A DNA stretch of 64,000 bases from an uncultured bacterium (lineage in GTDB: Bacteria; Planctomycetota; GCA-002687715): contig CADEGH010000001.1 in the NCBI GenBank assembly GCA_902826835.1, positions 290,859 to 354,858 of the forward strand, written 5' to 3'. Under the pieces are notes generated by a model. It saw nothing but the letters and a program-made list of their open reading frames with translations. It searched no databases and was not told the DNA's origin. The first letter of the stretch is position 1; the number at the start of each line of letters is the position of its first letter. Made by a program: the position numbers and the translations under genes. Shown here in pieces: positions 21,101-29,489 of this stretch.

Positions 21101-21637
21101 TCCAACACACTTCAGGTCACGGTCACCCCGGATATTCCGCAGTCGCAACGACGTGGTGCCATCGCAATTCATGTGGCCAACTCCGACCTGGCCGTCTCTC
21201 CCGGAGCGGTGTTGCAAGTCGGCGGAGGCCAAAATGCCGGTCTGATCCGGCGACAGCCGCTCAGTCCCGCGCCCGGGGTCGCCTACGCGGCCTTGCTCGA
21301 GGGAGGACGCCAAAACGCCATCTTCTCGCTCTTCATCGACCTGGAGAACCCAACTCCGCTCTACCCCTTCATCGACGGCACGATGAATCAGGTGCTCGCG
21401 GTCAGTCCTCTCGCCGGCTCCGCCCCCCAGTCCTGGATCGCCATCATCGATGGATTGGGCCTGCTGGGTCCGGCCACCGGTGCCACTCTCGACTCCGCGG
21501 GGTCCTTCGTCATCCCTGGATTCGTTCGTCCGAATCCCCCCGTCGGTCTCTCCCTCACCGTTCAAGGCGTCTTCCAAGATCCCACCGTTCCCGCCGGCTT
21601 CCGGTTGACCTGGGCCCGCTACCCTGACCAGCTCTGA
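18152..21637 (+). CDS. secreted astacin-family (M12A) zinc metalloprotease with about 900 aa of C-terminal Ig-like/IPT-type repeat domains
   Basis: Signal peptide MQSARRHCFAVLLLCAAASAQA. Astacin zinc signature HELMHALGFVHEQSRPDRGTYV (HExxHxxGxxHE) and Met-turn SVMHYG. Repeated beta-rich Ig-like modules follow (for example ...SISPTMAVAGGSGFTLAVNGVRF..., ...LVSVSPPSALTQAPSFTLLVQGTGF..., ...LSQLSPASALSGNPAFTLNVNGASF...). Confidence 0.75.
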   Translation: MQSARRHCFAVLLLCAAASAQAPTEVPPGFVLVDDMVLPESAVFGESGFTPNNWPIGLVPYAFAANVTMANQTLALTAMAEVEAITAVDFIPRNNQADYVLITASTVNNSGVGVIGGAQVLNIVSWGSKFIIVHELMHALGFVHEQSRPDRGTYVTVNSANVSTTACTGSNCGMVGSSTCICNFDIVNIATSFGAYDFRSVMHYGRSAFSANGADTLTCNSGYTQFQSVIGQRAYLSLGDAAGLQFKYGAAIAPAVTSISPTMAVAGGSGFTLAVNGVRFCGGSADANGVPGTQVLWNGTAISTWQSGPTQVSALVPGALLSVPGTATVTVRNPAPGGGLGSGAQTFTITCPPIAGITLSPSVPQAVVPACVPVAIPPVPLTNFDWHVVAVSSPSDWRLSMGATTSNNAGSVCDFLAGDAYVSPGQSVNPVSGSVSRVGGSDNATVEYVTSAALTVNTPSISGIPAGSIVRAFRFFAGTGPLQLHVSGSSSLRWWLVSPTATFSWRGPANAVASGIVGAGAVSIPTGSFCLVVGRSGGASTGFEAFTVNLCQSAPPPFTLGAGFLQYLGGPCHPFQFTPQSGRWNVVGVSSTVDWDIGVGSGRSEFGGSSCDYVLANGRLGTVTPGSGMLARYSGTAQGAAMMPITVAASFPGGSAQASTFLMAAFEFEVLTAAVYDLAISGGMGHLWDLHSPGGDASWRGRPSADILSGQATTGVPAVGVPLGVGWHVAVVYRNGGPIAASTLTFTSSVSAITAPTLVSVSPPSALTQAPSFTLLVQGTGFDVNSFIWFDGNYLPTTFLSATMLSATVDASLLQSPRIVPVVVMKPGPAANIPSNALTFTINALPPTLSQLSPASALSGNPAFTLNVNGASFAASSVVRWNGAPLTTTFVSATQLQAEVPSSLLQAAAGAAVTVFNPPPNGGSSNSLNFNVLRPGILAISPNLIPILVPASPGSLLTIIGQNFGPQSIVHADGEAIPTTLVNSNTLQVTVTPDIPQSQRRGAIAIHVANSDLAVSPGAVLQVGGGQNAGLIRRQPLSPAPGVAYAALLEGGRQNAIFSLFIDLENPTPLYPFIDGTMNQVLAVSPLAGSAPQSWIAIIDGLGLLGPATGATLDSAGSFVIPGFVRPNPPVGLSLTVQGVFQDPTVPAGFRLTWARYPDQL

Positions 21638-21755
21638 CCTTTCCCGTGCTGAGGAGGACCCCGCTCAGGTTCGCCAGGGTTCGACCGTCCAGCGTGTGCA
21701 ATTCGGGCGCACCCGGACCGCGCAATGGTCGAACTGGCGATCCGCGGATTACGTA

Positions 21756-21805
21756 GGACTTCGGTTTCCCACCCGAGATCATACCGGCCGACGGTTACCG
21801 GCCCG
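21756..21805 (+). repeat. copy B of conserved 50-nt non-coding motif, about 240 nt upstream of the HEAT-repeat gene
   Basis: 94% identical to 17653-17702. It is followed, as in copy A, by TGACGC. Confidence 0.7.
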
Positions 21806-22042
21806 TGACGCAAACGGGAACATTGGGCCCGGCCATCGGCTCCTTCACGGCACGGCAATCCGGAGTTTCGAGTTGAGAATCTCGACTGGATTTCGTCTGG
21901 AAATCGCCCTTGCAGCGGGCATTCCGGGCTCTCGATTGCGGCCACGGCGGTGATTCCGGCCCTGGAGTTGCAGTCCAACGGCTGACCAAGCCGTCGCTCA
22001 GGTCGGATGTGAATTCCAGGACGATCCCGAGGAGTAGCCGCG

Positions 22043-23839
22043 GTGAGCTTTCTACGTTTAGTCGCGATCTTGGTGTCCGTCGCGGGCTTCGCCGGGGCGG
22101 TACTCGCCCATGGCGGGGAGTACCTCGGCCCAAGCGGAAATGCCCCCCAATTAGGTCCAATAAGGCCGGGCCTCAGTCATCCAACTGATCCGGACCCGGG
22201 CGGGTCGCGAATCCGCCCGACACCCCCGCGTGACCGCATCAGAAGGCATCTACATAGGGGAGATCCGTTCCTGGACTGGGACTACTGGTGGGACCACAAT
22301 CAGCTTCGCTTCATCTGCCGGGAACTAACCTGCGCCCCAGGATCTACCGAGGCCATCCGCTCGCGCCCCTTCCGGGACCCGAGCAACCGCCCCGAGATCC
22401 TCGCGGCGCTGAGCTTAGCCCTCCGGGACGAGTACTACGACACTCGTGCCGCGGCGGTCATTGCCTACGGCAAGGTTGCGGATCCAGCGGATCCCGAGGC
22501 ACTCGCAATGTTGCGCCGATTCCTCGGTGATGAGGACAAGATTGTCCAAGAATCGACCTGTTTGGGACTCGGCATCCTCGGCAACAAGGCCGCGGTGCCC
22601 GACCTCCTCGAGATCGCGAAGAACACCCCGAAGGGCCGAAAGCTCGTCGGGACCGACACGAGCGACGTGCCCACCCGCACCCGCTCCTTCGCGAGCGTCG
22701 CGATCGGCCTCATCGGCGCCCGTGAGGGCTTCGTGGGCGACGAGGCCAACGTTCTCAACGAACTGGCGGACCTCGCCAAGATCGACGCGGCTCACATCGA
22801 CATCCAGATGGGACCGGCGATCGCCCTCCAACTCGTCAAGAGCGAGAAGGTGGCGCAGGACATCCTCGCGATCTACAAGGACACCAAAGCGAAGCGTCAC
22901 GTCCGTGCCCACCTCGCGGTGGCGCTCGGCAAGATCGGCTACCGCGCGGCGATCCAAGACCTCCGCGCCGGTCTCCGCGACAAGGAGACCTACGTGAACT
23001 ACGGCTCCGCGATCTCCCTCGGTCTTCTCGCGAACAAGGAAGACAAGGACATCATCAAGGAGCTCGTGAATTACGGAAAGCGCGCCCCCAACCTGGGCAC
23101 GAAGAACTTCGCCATCATGGCGCTCGGCGAAATCGGCGACGAGTCCGGTCGAGCCACCCTGATGGAGTTCGTGAAGGGCGGACAGCTCGCGGAGAAGACC
23201 TTCGCGGCGCTCGGTCTCGGAGTCATGGGCACCAAGAATCCCAGCACCTCCGAAGAGAGCGGCCAGTTGATCCTCGAGAGCTACAAGGCCGCCAAGAACG
23301 ACCCCGAGCGGTCGGCCTTCGCGATCGGTCTCGGGATTCTGGGCCACCGTTCCGCCGCCCCCACGCTGCGGGAGGATCTGCAGCGCGACTCGGGCTCGAA
23401 CAAGAAGCGGGGGTACCTTTGCCTCGCGCTTGGCCTGCTCGGAGATCTGGAGAGCAGGCCGATCCTCGAAGAATTGGTGGCTCGAAACACCGACTGGGAG
23501 CTACGACAGCAGGCGGCCATCGGGCTCGGTCTGATCAGGGACGAGCGCTCCCTCCGGGTGCTCGAGCAAGTCATTTTGAAGCCTATGAACGGCGCCGGTT
23601 TGATGGGTGCCGCCGCAATGGCCATCGGCAACCTCAGCCCTGCGCTGGTGATGCCCATACTCTCCAACATCATCGAAAACCGGGACCGTGCCTTCTACGA
23701 CAGTTCAAGAGCCTACGCGACCGCGGCCCTCGGCATCCTCGGCGACAAAGACGACTTCCCCGTCCTCGACCGTATCCGCGAAAACACCAACTACCTCGCC
23801 AGTTCCGAAGCACTCGAAGAGCTGCTTCGGATTCTGTGA
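22043..23839 (+). CDS. HEAT-repeat (PBS-lyase-type) protein with N-terminal signal/anchor sequence
   Basis: GTG start preceded by GAGGAG. N-terminal hydrophobic LRLVAILVSVAGFAGAVLA. Repeated HEAT-like units (RAAAVIAYGKV..DPEALAML, VQESTCLGLGILG, RAHLAVALGKIG, ...). Confidence 0.7.
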   Translation: MSFLRLVAILVSVAGFAGAVLAHGGEYLGPSGNAPQLGPIRPGLSHPTDPDPGGSRIRPTPPRDRIRRHLHRGDPFLDWDYWWDHNQLRFICRELTCAPGSTEAIRSRPFRDPSNRPEILAALSLALRDEYYDTRAAAVIAYGKVADPADPEALAMLRRFLGDEDKIVQESTCLGLGILGNKAAVPDLLEIAKNTPKGRKLVGTDTSDVPTRTRSFASVAIGLIGAREGFVGDEANVLNELADLAKIDAAHIDIQMGPAIALQLVKSEKVAQDILAIYKDTKAKRHVRAHLAVALGKIGYRAAIQDLRAGLRDKETYVNYGSAISLGLLANKEDKDIIKELVNYGKRAPNLGTKNFAIMALGEIGDESGRATLMEFVKGGQLAEKTFAALGLGVMGTKNPSTSEESGQLILESYKAAKNDPERSAFAIGLGILGHRSAAPTLREDLQRDSGSNKKRGYLCLALGLLGDLESRPILEELVARNTDWELRQQAAIGLGLIRDERSLRVLEQVILKPMNGAGLMGAAAMAIGNLSPALVMPILSNIIENRDRAFYDSSRAYATAALGILGDKDDFPVLDRIRENTNYLASSEALEELLRIL

Positions 23840-23886
23840 ACGAAAGGCATCGAGAGCCTGACATGCGACGTTGATACGATCTCCGA

Positions 23887-24405
23887 GTGTTCCAAGCGAC
23901 CTTGTTTCCGGAACCCGATCGCCTCGTGCTCGCGCCGGAAGACCGAGGCGACATCGAGGAGTTCCAAGGTATGGTGAGGGAGCTTGCCTCGAGACGCGAT
24001 CTCACCAGCGATCAGGCCCGATGGGTGGGGCGGTTTGCCACGTACATCGAACGGCTGCCCCTCGCTCCCCCCATCGCCGAAGTCACTCTGCGCATTTCCG
24101 ATTCGAGCGAATCAGTCGGGGCAGTGAGGACCATCAGCCTCTCTCGAGATTCCCTGGTGTTGAGCTCCGAAATCGGCCGCCCCTCCTCCGGATCGACTAC
24201 CCTTCGCGAGCGTCACACGACCCTCGTCGCGTCTATGGCTGGCCGAGTGTGCGACTCTCGTGCCGAACTCGCGGATTGGCTGGGGGTGCTCCGCACTCTC
24301 ATCCGCGGCGACCACGTCACCCTGCACTGTTCCCCCGCCCATCCGCCTCCGCCCCCTCCCGATCTCCCCTCCCACCATGCCGTCCAAGACTGGTGGTCCG
24401 CCTGA
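23887..24405 (+). CDS. hypothetical protein (Pro-rich C-terminus)
   Basis: 172-aa ORF with protein-like composition and high GC3. No recognisable motif. An alternative overlapping frame (23871-24452) exists. Confidence 0.3.
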   Translation: MFQATLFPEPDRLVLAPEDRGDIEEFQGMVRELASRRDLTSDQARWVGRFATYIERLPLAPPIAEVTLRISDSSESVGAVRTISLSRDSLVLSSEIGRPSSGSTTLRERHTTLVASMAGRVCDSRAELADWLGVLRTLIRGDHVTLHCSPAHPPPPPPDLPSHHAVQDWWSA

Positions 24406-24601
24406 CCACTCCCCCCGTGAATGCACCGCCCGCTTCTCGAACCCGCTCCTAAGCCCCACACCGGAGCCGTCCATCCTTCCCCTTCGAACCAGTCCGAGCC
24501 ATCTCCAGACCCACCCCGCGCCCACAATTCCTGGCAACAACTTGCCATCTCCAGGAAATCCGGGCGCGCCTGCAAGCACAAAAAAGCCTATAAAAATAGA
24601 G

Positions 24602-24674
24602 TGGGACCGTCGGGGATCGAACCCGAGACCTGCGGATTAAAAGTCCGATGCTCTACCGGCTGAGCTACGGTCCC
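24602..24674 (-). tRNA. tRNA-Lys (anticodon UUU)
   Basis: The reverse complement folds as GGGACCG-TA-GCTC-AGCCGGTA-GAGC-A-TCGGA-CTTTTAA-TCCGC-AGGTC-TCGGG-TTCGATC-CCCGA-CGGTCCC-A. Anticodon TTT at positions 34-36. The T-loop is TTCGATC. A T-rich tract (ctatttttataggcttttttgtg) follows the 3' end. Confidence 0.85.
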
Positions 24675-24718
24675 AAAGGGGGCCCCATGGTGACAAAGGG
24701 AGGGGCCGGGGCGAAGGA

Positions 24719-25285
24719 TCAGATTTTCGTGATCTCTTCGGTCTTCTTCTTCAGAAGCTCGTCGATCTTGGCCTCGTGTTGTTTGGTGAGGTCCGTGATC
24801 TTGGTTTCGAGGTCACGGGCCTGATCCTCGGTGAGCTTGCCGCCTTTGTGGGCGACCTGGGATTCTTTGTTGCCGTCGCGGCGGACGTTGCGCACGGCGA
24901 TGCGCTGCTGTTCGGCCACTTCCTTGGCGTGGTGCGCGAGCTTCTTGCGCTGCTCCTCGGTGAGCATGGGGACGGGCAGACGAATCATCTTGCCGTCGCT
25001 TTGAGGAGTGATCCCGACGTTGGAGGCGAGGATGGCCTTTTCGATCGCGGGCACGAGCGTCTGGTCAAACGGCTTGAGCACGATGGTCTTGCCGTCTTGG
25101 ACCGAGACCTGCGCGACCTGGGCAATCGGGGTCATCGACCCGTAGTAGTCGACACGGATGTGGTCGACGAGGCCCGGAGTCGCGCGGCCGGTGCGGATGC
25201 CCTTCAAGTCCTGCTCGAGGCGGGCCACCGCCTTCACCATGCGATCCTTCGACTCGTTGAGGATGCCGTTGAAGCTTTGTTCCAT
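24719..25285 (-). CDS. frr: ribosome recycling factor
   Basis: 188-aa protein MEQSFNGILNESKDRMVKAVARLEQDLKGIRTGRATPGLVDHIRVDYYGSMTPIAQVAQVSV... is a typical Frr. ATG at 25283-25285 on the minus strand. Confidence 0.9.
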   Translation of the reverse strand: MEQSFNGILNESKDRMVKAVARLEQDLKGIRTGRATPGLVDHIRVDYYGSMTPIAQVAQVSVQDGKTIVLKPFDQTLVPAIEKAILASNVGITPQSDGKMIRLPVPMLTEEQRKKLAHHAKEVAEQQRIAVRNVRRDGNKESQVAHKGGKLTEDQARDLETKITDLTKQHEAKIDELLKKKTEEITKI

Positions 25286-25308
25286 GGGAGCCTTCTTCTT
25301 CGGGGCGG

Positions 25309-26903
<1,595 letters not shown>

Positions 26904-26966
26904 GGATAGGACTCCGCATCAGGGGCGCGCTCACGCACGCCCACATTCTGACTGGAAAGAAAAACC

Positions 26967-27872
26967 TCAGCTCGCCGCCGGAGGCGTGGGCGTCTCGCCG
27001 CTGCCGGCCGGAGCGGCCGGAGCTTGTCCCTGCGCATCGCGCTCGCGACGGAGGCGCTCCTGAGCGGCTCGAAGCGCATCGCGCTCGGCCTGGCGCCGAC
27101 GCTGGGCCTCCTCAAGCTTCTTCTGATCGTCGTACTTCTTCTGATCTTCGTCCGCGCGACGCTTCTCCTCTTCCTGGAGGAACTGGGCGAACGCGGTGCT
27201 GCCCGCCGAGATCGCCTCGGTGAGCTTCTTCAGGAGGATTTGGATCGAGCGCATCGAGTCGTCGTTGCCGGCGATCGGGATGTCCACCGGATCCGGATCA
27301 CAGTCGGTGTCGAGAATGCCGACGACCGGAATGCCAAGCTTGTTGGCTTCGCGCACCGCGTTGTGCTCGCGGCGGGGGTCAACGATGATCATCGCCCCCG
27401 GCAGCTTGTCCATGTTGCGGATGCCGTTCAGGTTGCGGAACACCTTGCGCTTCTCGCGCAGGAGCGAAGAGGCTTCCTTCTTGCTCATCGCCCCGAGCGT
27501 CCCCGTACCTTCCATGTGCTCCAGTTCGCCGAGGCGAGCGAGGCGGCTGCGGATGGTCGAGAAGTTGGTGAGGGTTCCACCCAGCCAACGCTCGGACACG
27601 AAGGGCATTTTCACTGCCTGGGCGCACTCGATGATGACCGGCGCGGCTTGGCGCTTGGTCCCGACAAAGAGCACCTGCTGGCCATCGGCCACGAGGCGCT
27701 GGAGGAAGGTTGTGGCGCGGATCATGCCCCGCAGCGTCTGCCGCAGGTCGATGATGTGGATCAGATTGCGCTTGCCGAAGATGAACGGAGACATCTTCGG
27801 ATTCCAGCGCGACGCCCGACAGCCAAAGTGAACGCCCGCTTCGAGAAGGTCTTTGACCGGAACTGCAAACAT
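26967..27872 (-). CDS. rpsB: 30S ribosomal protein S2 with about 70-aa charged C-terminal extension
   Basis: VKDLLEAGVHFGCRASRWNPKMSPFIFGKRNLIHIIDLRQT...VFVGTKRQA... is a typical S2. The C-terminus EEEKRRADEDQKKYDDQKKLEEAQRRRQAERDALRAAQERLRRERDAQ... is a low-complexity extension. Confidence 0.9.
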   Translation of the reverse strand: MFAVPVKDLLEAGVHFGCRASRWNPKMSPFIFGKRNLIHIIDLRQTLRGMIRATTFLQRLVADGQQVLFVGTKRQAAPVIIECAQAVKMPFVSERWLGGTLTNFSTIRSRLARLGELEHMEGTGTLGAMSKKEASSLLREKRKVFRNLNGIRNMDKLPGAMIIVDPRREHNAVREANKLGIPVVGILDTDCDPDPVDIPIAGNDDSMRSIQILLKKLTEAISAGSTAFAQFLQEEEKRRADEDQKKYDDQKKLEEAQRRRQAERDALRAAQERLRRERDAQGQAPAAPAGSGETPTPPAAS

Positions 27873-28095
27873 CTTCGAGGACTCCCGGTGAGCGGCTCAT
27901 CGGCGGAGCACCTTGAGGCAGGCGTCCGAGCATCACCAAAGGGAAATGCGGTTCGAACGGAGCGACCATCGCCCCCCTGGAACCGGCGCGGAATCTAACC
28001 CTGGGCCCGGCCGAGGCAAGGGTCGCCGCCCCGACCCCTCCTGGCCCGAACTCGGGCGAGAAGTCGTTCGCAGCGACCCTGTTAGGTTCGCCCCG

Positions 28096-29241
28096 ATGGC
28101 CCCTCCCCGCCTCTATTTTGTGGCCGGCGAGCCCTCCGGCGATGCCCACGCCGCCGGGGTCTTGACCGAGCTCTTGGCTCAGGCTCCTGGGCTTACGGCG
28201 GCCGGACTCGGGGGGCCCCTCCTCGCCCAGGCGGGGATGGAGCTCCGCGCCGACCTCGCCACCGAGGCGGTCATGGGGATCTTCCCGGTCATCAAGGCAT
28301 TCCCGCGGCTCCGACGTCTGTTCTACGGGGTGCTGGACGAGCTCGAACGAACCCGCCCGGACGCGCTTGTCCTCGTGGACTACCCCGGCTTCAACTTGCG
28401 GCTGGCGGCCCAAGCCCACCGGCTCGGCATTCCAATTATCTACTACATCAGCCCCCAAGTCTGGGCCTGGGCCAAGGGCCGCATTCGCAAGATCGCGAAG
28501 ACCGTCGACCTCATGCTGCCGATTCTGCCCTTCGAAGCCGAAATCTTCCGGATTGCGGGCATGCGGGCGACCTACGTTGGCCATCCCCTCCTCGACGCCC
28601 TGAAAAAACGTCCGTCCGACCAGAGTCTTCGGGCCGAGCTACGCGCCCTCGGAGGTAGCCCACTGATCGGAATCTTCCCGGGGAGCCGCCGCCACGTCGT
28701 CGAGAGTCTTCTTCCGACGTTCCTCGAGACGGTCCGAGTCCTTCGCGACCACCACGGCTGGAAGCAGATGCATGGCATCCTCGCCCTCGCGCAGGAGAGC
28801 CACCGGGAGATCCTCGATGCCACCCCGCACCAAGGTCTTCCGATCACGACCGTGGTTGGCCAGTCAACCGACGTTATGGCCGTCATGGATCTCGGATTGA
28901 CCACGAGCGGGACCACCACCCTCGAAATCACCGCGCACAACAAACCCTTCGTGCTCGGCTACCGCGTGTCCCCGATCTTCTACGGGCTCGGCAAACTGCT
29001 GATTTCCGTACCCCACATCGGCCTCGTGAATCTCGTGGCCGGCCGGGGCGTGGTCCCGGAGCACGTGGGAGTTCGATCCTTCGCCGCCGCTGCCGCGTCC
29101 GACCTCGTGCGCCTCCACACCGACTCAGCCGCACGCCAAACTCAGCTCGACGGGCTGGCCGAAGTCAATCGCAAGCTCGACACTCCGGGCGCTTACGCCC
29201 GGGCGGCCCGCGAGATTCTCGACTTTCTCGCCCTTGATTGA
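28096..29241 (+). CDS. lpxB: lipid-A-disaccharide synthase
   Basis: MAPPRLYFVAGEPSGDAHAAG...ALVLVDYPGFNLRLAAQAHRLGIPIIYYISPQVWAWAKGRIRKIAKTVDLMLPILPFE matches the LpxB family closely. ATG at 28096 verified in frame. Confidence 0.8.
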   Translation: MAPPRLYFVAGEPSGDAHAAGVLTELLAQAPGLTAAGLGGPLLAQAGMELRADLATEAVMGIFPVIKAFPRLRRLFYGVLDELERTRPDALVLVDYPGFNLRLAAQAHRLGIPIIYYISPQVWAWAKGRIRKIAKTVDLMLPILPFEAEIFRIAGMRATYVGHPLLDALKKRPSDQSLRAELRALGGSPLIGIFPGSRRHVVESLLPTFLETVRVLRDHHGWKQMHGILALAQESHREILDATPHQGLPITTVVGQSTDVMAVMDLGLTTSGTTTLEITAHNKPFVLGYRVSPIFYGLGKLLISVPHIGLVNLVAGRGVVPEHVGVRSFAAAAASDLVRLHTDSAARQTQLDGLAEVNRKLDTPGAYARAAREILDFLALD

Positions 29242-29489
29242 CCGCTCGCGATCACTCCCGGAATGTTTGTCGATCGTCGTCGTGCCCGCCGCTTGAGGAA
29301 ACAACCCCATGGCATTGCTGGAAGAGACTTGGCGCCAGCGGCTTCGTGCGATGGGCTCGACCCTGCGCGATTGGGCTCAATTGGCCGGTAGTGGTGAACC
29401 AGCGCAAGATCATCGATGATGGAATGACCAACAAGGTTCTGGACACGATCAAGATGATCGTAAGCAAACTCGCGAAGTGAGTTCTCGAT

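Noticed and set aside
23871-24452. 193-aa ORF overlapping the 23887-24405 ORF in another frame
   Set aside because: Pro/Arg/Ser-rich low-complexity translation. The 23887 frame has more protein-like composition, and even that is low confidence.
24405-24602. integrase, IS element or att repeat next to tRNA-Lys
   Set aside because: No recombinase-like ORF in the window and no repeat of the tRNA 3' end found by eye. The island idea is kept only as a low-confidence finding.
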